From the IMG/VR virus record IMGVR_UViG_3300011840_000036, positions 1 through 48,038 of that record: a stretch of DNA of 48,038 nucleotides; one strand, given 5' to 3'. The DNA is from a virus. Lineage: Duplodnaviria; Heunggongvirae; Uroviricota; Caudoviricetes. The number at the start of each line of letters is the position of its first letter. Position 1 is the stretch's first letter. A program made the position numbers and the translations under genes. Positions 1 to 9,122 of the stretch are shown here, one piece after another. The notes beneath the pieces are model-generated. The model made no database searches. It saw only the letters and a program-made list of their open reading frames with translations, and was not told the origin of the DNA.

Positions 1-1131
1 TCAAATGACCAGTTTTTTCCACTCCTTGCCGCGTGCATCGTTGTAAATATCGGTCATTTTTTGATTCGAATGACCCAGCAAAATTTGGGTATCAATTCCC
101 TGCTCTCTGAACAATCGCTCTGATAAAGATCTCTGCTCATGGAAAGAGGGTGGGGTGCCATTAGCACGCCAGTTGTAATCCACAGAATCCCGCGCTTTTT
201 TAAATGCAACGGTTAACGTTGCTGGCTTAACCATCCCGCCGCGCTTAGCTGTCCCTTTCGCGTGATGATGGTGCAATAGCCACGGACTAAGAACGCAATC
301 GCGACAGGATGACACCACATCATCCAGGGTGAGATTTAATTTATCGCAACGCAGAGCCAGAGGGATGGCAATCCGGGTTCCTGTTTTTTGCTGTTCGATA
401 TGAAGATAACCATCCCGGATATCCGAAAATTGCATTTTGCAAATATCTGAAAGGCGCTGGCCTGTCATCAGTGCCAGCAGCATACCGCGCTGTAAAAAGT
501 AACCATCCTTTTCCGCTGCGTTATAAATCATCGTCCACTCATCAAAAGTCAGTCGCTGTCTTGATATCCGCACCTGTGGTTTTTTTGCCGATTCTGCAGG
601 GTTAAAGCCTGGCGGGACATCGCCCGTTTGCTGAGCCTCCCGGAAAACATCGATCAGTACCTTCCTGAAAATTTGTCCCATTCTGTTATGTCCTCTGGAC
701 TTGTACTCTTCCAGCACCGATACCACATCCTTTACGGTTATGGCATCTAACGGTCTGGTGCCAAAACGTTCATCAAAAACCCTGAGAGGGGCCGCTTTCT
801 GTTTCAGCGTGTTGAGTTTGATTTCTCCGTTTTCATATCTTTCCTGTTGAATTTTTCTGTAATTATTCAGAAAAATGGAAACGGTTGATGAACCGCCGGT
901 ATCATTAATAATTTTCTCCTGCAGACTGAGCATTTGCTCCATTTGTTGTCTGGCAAGACGGCTGTTCGCTTCTGCTGCAATGGTTTCCGCCAGTTTCTGG
1001 TCAATACTGCCGAGTCCATGATTTTTACCTGTGATGGGATGCCTGTAACGCCAGTAAACTTTGTTATTTCTTTTGTCAAAATACGGAGATAATCCCGGAA
1101 CAGCGGTTTTATATTTTCGCGGGCGTGCCAT
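1..1131 (-). CDS. int: Tyrosine-type site-specific integrase (lambda Int family)
   Basis: 376-aa ORF; C-terminus ...LLGHSNQKMTDIYNDARGKEWKKLVI resembles the lambda Int catalytic Tyr region; 23-bp overlap with the downstream excisionase ORF as in int-xis operons. Confidence 0.9.
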   Translation of the reverse strand: MARPRKYKTAVPGLSPYFDKRNNKVYWRYRHPITGKNHGLGSIDQKLAETIAAEANSRLARQQMEQMLSLQEKIINDTGGSSTVSIFLNNYRKIQQERYENGEIKLNTLKQKAAPLRVFDERFGTRPLDAITVKDVVSVLEEYKSRGHNRMGQIFRKVLIDVFREAQQTGDVPPGFNPAESAKKPQVRISRQRLTFDEWTMIYNAAEKDGYFLQRGMLLALMTGQRLSDICKMQFSDIRDGYLHIEQQKTGTRIAIPLALRCDKLNLTLDDVVSSCRDCVLSPWLLHHHHAKGTAKRGGMVKPATLTVAFKKARDSVDYNWRANGTPPSFHEQRSLSERLFREQGIDTQILLGHSNQKMTDIYNDARGKEWKKLVI

Positions 1132-1357
1132 CTTCCAGTATCCTCTTTAAAGCAGGGTGATCTGTGGCGATCACCTCCGGCTTGTTTACCATTCCGACAA
1201 AGCGAGCTCGCGGATCCACTCGCCAGTGTCTTCCAACTTTTTTGGGGAGAGGAAATATCATTCCGGCTTTAGCGTATTTACTTAACGTGCCCGGAGTAGG
1301 GACCGGATCGCTGAATTCCTCTTTTGCCCACTCAGTGAGCAGAATAAGTCTTGCCAT
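1109..1357 (-). CDS. xis: Excisionase-like DNA-binding protein (Xis)
   Basis: 82-aa ORF immediately upstream of and overlapping int on the same strand; small basic protein with a winged-helix-like pattern. Confidence 0.7.
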   Translation of the reverse strand: MARLILLTEWAKEEFSDPVPTPGTLSKYAKAGMIFPLPKKVGRHWRVDPRARFVGMVNKPEVIATDHPALKRILEDGTPAKI

Positions 1358-1420
1358 GAGTATCGTTCGCTAATCATGGTCGCCGCCACTATAGCTGGGG
1401 GCGACGACCGGGGTTGAACA

Positions 1421-3859
1421 TTAAAAATCAGACTGATTCGGGATCAGTTTTTGCCAGATTGCTGAAACGTATTTCGCCTGGTGACGGGCATCATCCAGCG
1501 CATTGTGGCGTATGCCTTCGAATTGAATAGGCGTCCTGGCATCGAAGTCTATGGATTTTCCCAGTTCAATGATTGTGCGTACATCGCGATCGTTGTAGTA
1601 GCGCCACGGGCAGGGGATACCCTGCCGTTCATATGAACGGCGCAAAATCACGTTGTTGAAGTTGGCTCCATTTCCCCAGACCTGAACAAACAATTCACCG
1701 GAGTTTTCGGCGATAAATTCCCGCAATTGCAGCAGTGCATCATCTAACGGGATTTCATCGGTCAGAATGGCAGATTGCGCTTCGCGTGATTGCTTCAGCC
1801 ACCACTTGATCGCGTCCCGATCAATGACTCCGCCAGCAGTTTCCAGATCGATGGTTTTATTAAATTCTGGTCCCATCTCTCCGGTTTGCGGATCGAAAAA
1901 TATTGCACCTATTGAGATAATCGGGGAATCAGGATTTTTTCCCATTGTTTCAAGGTCGATCATCAGATGGTGACACATTCTGCTGGTGGATGTTCTTTTC
2001 TGATGACCGTGCATATTAATTAAGGAATTTGTCGTCCTGTCAGTTTTATCACCGCTATTGTTATGCTGATTGCTGTCAGTATTTTCCGGATGCGGATGTT
2101 CAGGGTTTTCCATCTCCTCCGGAGCTTTTTCCTGAGATTCATCTGAATCTTCCTCGCAGAATGTCTCATGGTAAGTTGCGTCGCCCATTACTGAGGCACA
2201 GTCAGGGCATGTGCCCCCGCCAGTTTCCCCACAAACATTACAGGGATTTTTCTGTGCATGTTGCGCTGCTGGCTCCGGATGTATCGTTTTTGGTTCATTT
2301 TGGTGTGCATCCTGGCTATTTTGTCCCGATTCTGGCTTGGTTTGTTCCACTTCTGGTTGATTCTGGTTCGAAGACTCGCGAGTCTGGAGCCCCTTAACCC
2401 ATTTCGGATCATTCGGGTCACTAATCCCTTCAACAAATTCTCCGCGAGAGGCTGCCAGTAATTTGTTTGCGTCGACAGGATTTTTAGGCGAAATGTTTTT
2501 CCTAGCTTCATGGAGTTCTGCCCGCAGTTTCTGATATTTCGCATAAACAGAATTCACCTGTGGCTGAGCATCCACCGGCTGCGTGTCCGGATGATGTTCA
2601 GTTGCATCCGGTTCCACTGTTTCAGCCGTTGCCTGTTCATCTGCCATTGCGCCAGATGGTTGCGGTTTTTCTTCATCATGTTTTTCTTTTTCAGTTACAC
2701 GCTGCGGCATCGGGGCAGAGGAGCGACCGCAGGCAATATCCACGATTTCCGGATCAGGGTTGGCATGATCGGTTTCAGTCAGCACTTTATTCAGGTATTC
2801 GGTGACACGGTGGGGCATAGCCTCTATACCAACTGGTGCTTCTTTCACGGAGGCAACCACGATGGCACGGGAGAAATCCTTGTGGCCCGGCATGGTGATG
2901 AATTTGCTGAAGAAAACAGAAAAGGGCGGTTTATTTTCAGCGATAATTTCCTCGACGCGTTTAGCGTGTGCCGGATGAAGGTTATAAATGTCCACGTCCA
3001 TTGAACGGGCCAGCACGCCAGTGGCTACGTCGCGCGCCAGTGATGCATCATCGTGTACAAAACCTTCGCCGCGATCGGTAAGAATACCGCCGCCAGCGTT
3101 AGCGCCGGATGGTGTGCGGCTGATTCGCGAAACATGATTTCCTTTCATCCACTCTTTTGTAAGCAGACCGCGATTGGTGTAGTCAGCGTCCAGGTATGCT
3201 TCGATGAAGGAAGTCATCAGTCCCAGGTCTGAATTTACGGGGGCGGGAAAAACTTTGTCAGTGTCCCGCACCAGTTTGTACAAATCCCGAATCTCCAGCG
3301 GTTCGAGTTGCACTGCTTTATTTGAGATGGCCAGAGCGGTAACGGCGGGAAGTTTTTCTTCCTGTGCGTTATGTAATGCCCGCAGTTCATCCCGTGAAAC
3401 ATGCGTGACAGGTTTTTCGCTGCCGTGCTGTGCCAGCCATCTAACAGGCAGAAGCTGACCTGAAACCGGCAGAAGAATATTCTCCTCAATCTCAATCATG
3501 TCTTCGCCGTTGACGTTAGTATTAGCGGCGTTACTGTTTTCATCGCTGTTGCTGGACGGTACCGGCATCATTGTGATGCCATCTTCTCCACCTTTTTCGT
3601 AACGGTTACAGAAATCAGTATCAAATACGCCTTCAGGTGGCAGGTCATTTACAACAGGCAAATGGATGCGAACTGTTTTTTTGAAATCATCTTCGTCGTA
3701 GCCAGCATCGTCCATAGCGGCAATACAGCGGGAAACTGCAACGGAAAGTTTTTTGGCTTCGATCCAGAAAAAGCCACCTTTAATACCGAGACGCTTTCTG
3801 ACCTTGTCATTTTTAGCTTCGCAATATAGCGCAAACACTTCTTTATTCGTGCTCATCAA
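1421..3859 (-). CDS. Prophage exonuclease with C-terminal DnaQ-like 3'-5' exonuclease domain (often annotated exodeoxyribonuclease VIII)
   Basis: 812-aa ORF; C-terminal MIDLETMG...HNALDDARH is a DEDDh-type exonuclease signature; long acidic, low-complexity central region; sits at the lambda exo/bet position. Confidence 0.8.
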   Translation of the reverse strand: MMSTNKEVFALYCEAKNDKVRKRLGIKGGFFWIEAKKLSVAVSRCIAAMDDAGYDEDDFKKTVRIHLPVVNDLPPEGVFDTDFCNRYEKGGEDGITMMPVPSSNSDENSNAANTNVNGEDMIEIEENILLPVSGQLLPVRWLAQHGSEKPVTHVSRDELRALHNAQEEKLPAVTALAISNKAVQLEPLEIRDLYKLVRDTDKVFPAPVNSDLGLMTSFIEAYLDADYTNRGLLTKEWMKGNHVSRISRTPSGANAGGGILTDRGEGFVHDDASLARDVATGVLARSMDVDIYNLHPAHAKRVEEIIAENKPPFSVFFSKFITMPGHKDFSRAIVVASVKEAPVGIEAMPHRVTEYLNKVLTETDHANPDPEIVDIACGRSSAPMPQRVTEKEKHDEEKPQPSGAMADEQATAETVEPDATEHHPDTQPVDAQPQVNSVYAKYQKLRAELHEARKNISPKNPVDANKLLAASRGEFVEGISDPNDPKWVKGLQTRESSNQNQPEVEQTKPESGQNSQDAHQNEPKTIHPEPAAQHAQKNPCNVCGETGGGTCPDCASVMGDATYHETFCEEDSDESQEKAPEEMENPEHPHPENTDSNQHNNSGDKTDRTTNSLINMHGHQKRTSTSRMCHHLMIDLETMGKNPDSPIISIGAIFFDPQTGEMGPEFNKTIDLETAGGVIDRDAIKWWLKQSREAQSAILTDEIPLDDALLQLREFIAENSGELFVQVWGNGANFNNVILRRSYERQGIPCPWRYYNDRDVRTIIELGKSIDFDARTPIQFEGIRHNALDDARHQAKYVSAIWQKLIPNQSDF

Positions 3860-3976
3860 TAAACCTCATTACAGATTTAGGGGTGAACAAGTCACTGCCA
3901 TTGCTGGCATATAAGAATCGAATCTGATGTATTTATTAAACTGAATGTCGTATTGGGGTAGTTATTTTATTACAGC

Positions 3977-4198
3977 TCACCACGACTCCGCCTTTACAGG
4001 TAAACCATCACGATCAAGGAAGACTTTAATCATGGTTTCATTAATACAGTGTTGTGTGGAAAAATCACGAATATAGAGCCGGTGTTTTTTTATATTGTTT
4101 ACCGAAGCAATATATGTTCTTCCTTTATGAATAACATAATCACCGGGAGTCACGCACTGACGAGGAATATCATCAGTTCCGAAGTGATGAGCAATCAT
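3977..4198 (-). CDS. Hypothetical small protein (early-left operon accessory gene)
   Basis: 73-aa ORF in an AT-rich stretch between the exonuclease and the Rha gene, same strand; no family recognised. Confidence 0.4.
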   Translation of the reverse strand: MIAHHFGTDDIPRQCVTPGDYVIHKGRTYIASVNNIKKHRLYIRDFSTQHCINETMIKVFLDRDGLPVKAESW

Positions 4199-4244
4199 AA
4201 TTATCTCCTTAATAAATTTGTCGCATTAAGAAAATTCCAGAAAA

Positions 4245-4799
4245 CTATTTAATACTCAGCAACTGCTCGACGGTCATATTTTTAATTGCGCTCCTGTTTA
4301 CAAGAGTCCACCCCTGCTTCTCCAGATAAAAGCGGAAAGTATCCAGAGTACAGACGAGAGCGCCGTCAGGAACGGTTTCGGTGAATTTGATATTGCCGCG
4401 TTCGTCGAAGTGAACAACGAGAGTGCGACCATCACCAGGAATTATTTTGTCTGTGGTAGTGGTATTAAGCTGGTACAACTCTGCCTCCATGCGATCGAAT
4501 TCAGCGATGTAGGCTTCCTTGAAAGCTGCGGCTTTTTTGCCCGTGAAGCCCATCACCAGGAAAACGAAGCCGTTTTTGGTGATTTGGTACATAGGGAGTT
4601 TGCGCCCGGTTGAGTCGGTGTATTCGCTCACCTTAAAATTAAGGGCAGTGAATTCAGGGGAGCAATCCAGTAATTTTATTTTTTGAATAACATTGTCGTG
4701 GCGTTTGCCAAAGAACTCGGCGATCGCAACAGACGTAGTGACAGCGCGACCATTTTCGATGGTTACGTCAGGTTGAGAAAGGGTAGGGATAGTAGCCAT
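4245..4799 (-). CDS. rha: Rha-family phage regulatory protein (antirepressor-like)
   Basis: Motif TTSVAIAEFFGKRHDNVIQKI typical of the Rha N-terminal domain. Start chosen at the internal Met (MATIPTLSQPDV..., GAGG 9 nt upstream); the six-frame ORF extends to 5096 but that extension contains a minus-strand terminator hairpin. Confidence 0.75.
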   Translation of the reverse strand: MATIPTLSQPDVTIENGRAVTTSVAIAEFFGKRHDNVIQKIKLLDCSPEFTALNFKVSEYTDSTGRKLPMYQITKNGFVFLVMGFTGKKAAAFKEAYIAEFDRMEAELYQLNTTTTDKIIPGDGRTLVVHFDERGNIKFTETVPDGALVCTLDTFRFYLEKQGWTLVNRSAIKNMTVEQLLSIK

Positions 4800-4968
4800 G
4801 ATAGCAGCCTCGTTAGTGAATTTGATTAACTCACCACCAAGGTTTTCCACGACCATAAGGGTGGTGAGACGTACAGGGGTGGAAATACCGGTCACTAACG
4901 AACCCGGCCAGCCTTGCGGCTGCCCTGCACGTCCCACCATAATCTGAATGTGGCTGTGCATTACGCAT

Positions 4969-4992
4969 AAAAAAACCGCCTGAGCGCGGTTA
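4969..4992 (-). terminator. Putative Rho-independent terminator (minus strand)
   Basis: Plus strand reads AAAAAAACCGCctgagcGCGGTT; on the minus strand this is a 6-bp GC-rich stem followed by a 7-T run. Confidence 0.4.
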
Positions 4993-5316
4993 TGCGCGTT
5001 AGTGAACATCGGGTTTCCACGCCCGGCACCCGTTTTATGAGGTGCAGGTGCACTATAATTCCACCCGTTCTGGTTTTCAATAGCTACATTCAACATTTTC
5101 TCTACCTTTCATCACCTAAGTGAACTTTGTGATGCGGTGCCTGGTGCCTCCAGGTGACGTTAACCAGTTAACAATTAACGCCGGATGATTCACCCATAAC
5201 ACTTGTGTTTTTAACTGTTCTGCGTGCGCTGAGCCGCATTCACCGCATCACGAAATTCACTTTTTACTTCATAGACCGTGATATGATTTAGCTTTCCACA
5301 GTAAAAAGGAGTGTTT

Positions 5317-5580
5317 ATGTCCCATATACATAGTCGTGAACACATGAATGATGGTGACCTTGTCAGGGTTCAATGTTCACACCAGATTAATGTTTTATTA
5401 ATGGATGATTCAAATTACCAGGCTTTCAAGCGGGGCGGGCGTTTTACCTATTACGGCGGTTTCTATGAACGATTCCCTGCCAATATTACCGTGCCCCACT
5501 CGGGTTACTGGAATGTTGTATTAGCACTCCCTCCCGGTCATCGAGCCAATATCAGATACTCCATTAACGTTATCAGATAG
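5317..5580 (+). CDS. Hypothetical protein (accessory gene, opposite in orientation to the early-left operon)
   Basis: 87-aa ORF from ATG at 5317 with AAAGGAG 6 nt upstream; AT-rich; possibly DUF1883-like, from memory only. Confidence 0.5.
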   Translation: MSHIHSREHMNDGDLVRVQCSHQINVLLMDDSNYQAFKRGGRFTYYGGFYERFPANITVPHSGYWNVVLALPPGHRANIRYSINVIR

Positions 5581-5817
5581 CAGAATTTGGCTTGTCGCCT
5601 GAGTTAATGCACTTGCAAGGGCGGTAATGATTTTTTGTTGAGTACCGTCCTTTATAAAAGTCATATTCATTATGTGTTTCTGGCTGACGGTATCGTATGA
5701 CCAGAGCAGCTTATTATTCCCGTCTGTGCATTGAACTATCATTTTTCCTCCGGTTAGACCCCATATATCTATAGCAGTATGAGTTATGGCGGGGTTGTCA
5801 CTTAAGCGTATGGTCAA
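5521..5817 (-). CDS. Hypothetical protein (uncertain)
   Basis: 98-aa ORF with a TTG start; an internal ATG at 5742 has a GGAGGA RBS (73-aa product). Its 3' end overlaps the convergent 5317..5580 ORF by 60 bp. Confidence 0.3.
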   Translation of the reverse strand: MTIRLSDNPAITHTAIDIWGLTGGKMIVQCTDGNNKLLWSYDTVSQKHIMNMTFIKDGTQQKIITALASALTQATSQILLSDNVNGVSDIGSMTGREC

Positions 5818-6102
5818 CCTGACAACCCGGTGTCCTCAACGGGGGAAGGAATAACCCCGCCATACTTACCGCCGCGCCATTTCGCGGAGTGCCACAACCG
5901 GAAGCGCACGGTCGAAGAAATTAACGACAAGCCTCATAGGTGAAGGCCTTCGCCGTACGCTTTCGTGTTATGCCCTGACTTTTCAGGGAAATATCCTTTC
6001 AGTAAACTGTCAGTGCCGGATTCTTATCCGTGTCCGGCGCACGACCACACGTAGCCCCGTATTGGTCTCCATTTCTAACCCAGAACCTAAATGGAGGATA
6101 AA

Positions 6103-6387
6103 ATGGCAAAATTTACAGTCAGGATCGAACTTCGCGATTCCAGTTCCGCTGATTACGATAAGCTTCATGAACGAATGGAAGCAAAGGGATTCTCCAGAAC
6201 GATTACAACCTCTTCAGGGAACACCTACCGACTTCCTAATGCCGAATATACATATTCAAGCAAGAATGAAGACAAAGAATCTGTTGCTAACCTTGCTGAA
6301 TCAGTGGCCTCAAAAGTTAAGAAAAATCCCGGAGTTCTTGTTACCGAATCTAATGGGCGCTATGTAAAAAACTTAGATGATGCTTAA
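6103..6387 (+). CDS. Hypothetical protein
   Basis: 94-aa ORF (MAKFTVRIELRD...) with GGAGG 7 nt upstream of the ATG; plus-strand gene embedded in a minus-strand operon. Confidence 0.5.
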   Translation: MAKFTVRIELRDSSSADYDKLHERMEAKGFSRTITTSSGNTYRLPNAEYTYSSKNEDKESVANLAESVASKVKKNPGVLVTESNGRYVKNLDDA

Positions 6388-6530
6388 CCTTCATCATCAC
6401 GACCTGACTCAATAGCGTACAATGCCAGCCAGATGCGGGCTTCAGTGCCTGCATTTGGTTCCAGTTGCTGGAGGCGTTTTGCATCCTCCAGAAGCAGAGC
6501 GATAACGTGTTTTAATTCTGTTTCGTTCAT
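6384..6530 (-). CDS. Small protein (48 aa), possibly YdfB-like member of the DicA-controlled operon
   Basis: ORF MNETELKHVIALLLEDAKRLQQLEPNAGTEARIWLALYAIESGRDDEG, below the 60-aa cutoff of the ORF track; sits 1 nt from the upstream ydfA-like ORF on the same strand. Confidence 0.4.
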   Translation of the reverse strand: MNETELKHVIALLLEDAKRLQQLEPNAGTEARIWLALYAIESGRDDEG

Positions 6531-6531
6531 T

Positions 6532-6687
6532 TTATTCACCTGAATGTCTTACCAACCAACGACGCGCGCCAGATTCGGTTTTAAACGTTTTGCTTTTGGT
6601 ATACGTCATCGCGGTGAACGTTCCGTCCTGGTTGGGAAACACACCGCACACCAGAGATTCGTTGTTGCCAAGATCGATAGTTTCCAT
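6532..6687 (-). CDS. Small protein (51 aa), YdfA-like, first gene of the dicB-type operon
   Basis: METIDLGNNESLVCGVFPNQDGTFTAMTYTKSKTFKTESGARRWLVRHSGE; first gene downstream of the dicA-proximal operator; the six-frame ORF extends to 6765 with a non-ATG start. Confidence 0.45.
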   Translation of the reverse strand: METIDLGNNESLVCGVFPNQDGTFTAMTYTKSKTFKTESGARRWLVRHSGE

Positions 6688-6767
6688 GTTGACCTCATTT
6701 CCCCTTAACGCCGGGGTGGCGGAACTGTTTGCTGAGAACACCGTGCGGTGTCTTGATGTAAGCAAGA

Positions 6768-6782
6768 TTAGTCATGGCTAAC
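6768..6782. promoter_or_regulatory. Candidate DicA operator half-palindrome (TTAGTCATGGCTAAC) in the promoter region of the leftward operon
   Basis: Near-palindrome related to the GTTAGC-N4-GCTAAC element between dicA and dicC; about 80 bp upstream of the ydfA-like start. Confidence 0.4.
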
Positions 6783-6853
6783 AAATTGGTCAAGTATTTT
6801 TGTTTGTCATGACTAACATTTTGGGCAACCAAAAAGATAACGCATTGATTGCG

Positions 6854-7261
6854 TTATCTTTTGTTTGTTCGTTGACGGGCTTTTAATAATTCTTCAAAGA
6901 GTTTGTTGAAATTTTTTACTCGGGCGCGCATCTCGGTGAGCTGAGCATCCTGTTCTGATTCAGGCAATGCATTAAAAAGCTCAAGGAGCTCAAGTTCTTT
7001 GGGGGATAGAGCAACTGGCTCCTCAATAGGTGGTGATGGCAGCTTGTCTTCATCGCCAAATAGAATCCATGTTGGCGAGCACTGCAGTACTTTGCTGAGG
7101 GCAAAAAGATTCTTTCCTGTAGGTTCGCTATCATCCCGCTCCCATTGTGAAACCGATACGTGAGAAATTTTCAGGGCTTTAGCAAGAGACCTTTGGGTGT
7201 ATTTGAGGTTTTTTCGGCGATATCTAATGCGTTCGCCAATGGTTAAATTTTTTGTATCCAT
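6854..7261 (-). CDS. dicA: DicA-type HTH (XRE) immunity repressor, no S24 peptidase domain
   Basis: 135-aa protein MDTKNLTIGERIRYRRKNLKYTQRSLAKALKISHVSVSQWERDDSEPTGKNLFALSKVLQ... matches E. coli DicA as I recall it (recalled, not searched); divergent from a Cro-like gene. Confidence 0.9.
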   Translation of the reverse strand: MDTKNLTIGERIRYRRKNLKYTQRSLAKALKISHVSVSQWERDDSEPTGKNLFALSKVLQCSPTWILFGDEDKLPSPPIEEPVALSPKELELLELFNALPESEQDAQLTEMRARVKNFNKLFEELLKARQRTNKR

Positions 7262-7312
7262 AGTTAGTTAATGCTAAATCTTATTGACTATGTTTTTGTT
7301 AACATCTATTTT

Positions 7313-7328
7313 GTTAGCTATGGCTAAC
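7313..7328. promoter_or_regulatory. Candidate operator palindrome GTTAGC-TATG-GCTAAC between dicA and dicC
   Basis: Perfect 6-bp inverted repeat with a 4-bp spacer in the 83-bp divergent intergenic region. Confidence 0.45.
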
Positions 7329-7344
7329 AGTCAAGGTGCTTTAA

Positions 7345-7575
7345 ATGCTTAAAACTGACGCACTTTTGTATTTCGGTTCAAAAACAAAACTTGCACAAGC
7401 TGCTGGTATTCGTTTGGCTTCGCTTTATAGCTGGAAAGGGGAGCTAGTACCTGAAGGTCGCGCGATGCGCCTGCAAGAGGCATCCGGCGGGGAACTTCAG
7501 TACGACCCCAAAGTTTATGACGAATATCGTAAGGCAAAGCGGGCGGGGCGGTTGAACAATGAAAATCACCCCTGA
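7345..7575 (+). CDS. dicC: DicC-type Cro-like regulator
   Basis: 76-aa protein MLKTDALLYFGSKTKLAQAAGIRLASLYSWKG... closely resembles E. coli DicC as I recall it; divergent from dicA. Confidence 0.85.
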   Translation: MLKTDALLYFGSKTKLAQAAGIRLASLYSWKGELVPEGRAMRLQEASGGELQYDPKVYDEYRKAKRAGRLNNENHP

Positions 7576-8110
7576 ACAGGTTTGTGAGGCTCTGGATGCC
7601 TGGGTATGCCGACCAGGAATGACACAGGAGCAGGCGACGATATTAATCACGGAAGCATTCTGGGCTCTGAAAGAACGCCCGAACATCGATGTTCAACGCG
7701 TCACGTTTAATGATGGCGAGGTTGATCAACGGGCGCTGGGCGTTAACCGGGTGAAGATATTCGAACGCTGGAAAGCTATCGACACCAGGGATAAGCGGGA
7801 AAAATTCACGGCGCTGATTCCGGCAATTATGGAGGCTATCCGGATCAGCGATTTCAGGTTGTATGGTGAAATTACTGACGGAAAAAGCATTACGTACATG
7901 ATCGCCGGGTTAAACAAAGAATATGGCGATGTGGTGGAGTCCGGGCTGCTTTTTGCGGATCCATCTGTTGTGGAACGTGAGACTGACGAGCTTATAGAAA
8001 AAGCTATTGCTTTCAAGCATGCGTATCGTCAGCAATATCAATATTACTTTGCAGATAAACAAATGTCTGCCAGGGGTTCGTATGAGTATCGATGCACTAC
8101 GATGGGCTAA
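7559..8110 (+). CDS. YdaT-like protein (cII-position regulatory/toxin-domain protein)
   Basis: 183-aa ORF overlapping the dicC stop; motif KFTALIPAIMEAI resembles the YdaT family core as recalled from Rac YdaT. Confidence 0.45.
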   Translation: MKITPEQVCEALDAWVCRPGMTQEQATILITEAFWALKERPNIDVQRVTFNDGEVDQRALGVNRVKIFERWKAIDTRDKREKFTALIPAIMEAIRISDFRLYGEITDGKSITYMIAGLNKEYGDVVESGLLFADPSVVERETDELIEKAIAFKHAYRQQYQYYFADKQMSARGSYEYRCTTMG

Positions 8111-9122
8111 AAAGGTGAAAACCGGCAGTTCATCCAGTAAGTCAGTATTGACCTGGCTTGCTGATATGTGCGGTGCCGATTTGTGTGCATACCCGTCTGT
8201 ATCTGCACTGGCAGAAGTAACGGAACTGAACAAAAAGACTGTGCAGGACAGCTTACGACACCTGATGGAGATTGGGTTAATTGTTGATACCGGTGAGAGA
8301 AAAGGCCGAACAAAGCAAATCGTGGTGTACCGACTTATCGGTGTAGAAGAAAGCGTTGCCGAGCCTGAATACACCCAAAAACGGGAGTCTTTAAAGGTGG
8401 GTAAAATTGGTGCTGTTAATAAAAACAGTACCGAAAATGGTTATGTTTCAGCACAAAACAGACCCAAAAACGGAACTCTTAGCTGCATGGAAAATAACCA
8501 AAGACACCCAAATTTTCCATCAAAGACACCCAAAAACGGATCACGGAACCCAAAGGAACCCAAAGATCTAAACCCCACACATAACGTACGCGAGAGTGCT
8601 CCGACCAGTGAGCAGGAAGTTTTGTCGTTACAGGCAGCCCCCCCTGTATTCCTGGATGGCCTGAGCGAACCCATCGGAAAATTTCCGATGACCGATAACT
8701 GGTATCCGTCACGGGATTTTCGACGACGGGCTGCGTTGTGGGGGATGGCTTTGCCGGAGACAGAATTCACACCTGCTGAACTTGCCGCATTCCGGGACTA
8801 CTGGGCAGCGGAGGGGAAAGTGTTTACGCAGGTTCAGTGGGAGCAGAAATTCGCCCGTCACGTAAATCACGTCAGGGCGCAGGTTAAACCAGTCAGCAAG
8901 GGGGTAAACCATGCAGCAGCACCAGGTGGCACCGCATCACGGGCAGTTCAGGAAATTCGGGAAGCACGTGAGCAGTGGGAACGTGAAAACGGATTTATCA
9001 GCGACGGAAACGGCTTGGAAGCTGTGGGAGCTCATGGGGGAGGTTTATTCGAACCGCTGGACCCAGAAGAACGGGGCCGCACCTTCGAAGCTCTGGATTG
9101 CACAGATTGGCGCGATGACTGA
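8082..9122 (+). CDS. Replication initiation protein (O-like: N-terminal winged helix, C-terminal DnaT-like domain)
   Basis: Start taken at MSIDALRWAKKVK... (ORF track begins at 8007); sits in the replication-gene position upstream of a P-like gene. Confidence 0.65.
   Translation: MSIDALRWAKKVKTGSSSSKSVLTWLADMCGADLCAYPSVSALAEVTELNKKTVQDSLRHLMEIGLIVDTGERKGRTKQIVVYRLIGVEESVAEPEYTQKRESLKVGKIGAVNKNSTENGYVSAQNRPKNGTLSCMENNQRHPNFPSKTPKNGSRNPKEPKDLNPTHNVRESAPTSEQEVLSLQAAPPVFLDGLSEPIGKFPMTDNWYPSRDFRRRAALWGMALPETEFTPAELAAFRDYWAAEGKVFTQVQWEQKFARHVNHVRAQVKPVSKGVNHAAAPGGTASRAVQEIREAREQWERENGFISDGNGLEAVGAHGGGLFEPLDPEERGRTFEALDCTDWRDD

Noticed and set aside
2029-3004. Plus-strand ORFs (122, 67, 164 and 81 aa) inside the exonuclease gene
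   Set aside because: They lie entirely within a long, well-supported minus-strand gene, have low-complexity Cys/Phe/Arg-rich translations and no RBS; judged antisense frame artefacts.
4800-5096. N-terminal 100-codon extension of the Rha ORF
   Set aside because: Precedes the conserved Rha domain, contains a terminator hairpin and a better internal start with RBS; treated as non-coding or a separate short transcript.
5820-6060. Possible DicF-like small RNA on the minus strand between the small-ORF cluster and the ydfB-like gene
   Set aside because: The syntenic position fits, but I could not match the sequence to DicF from memory and found no terminator with a T-run; insufficient evidence to annotate.
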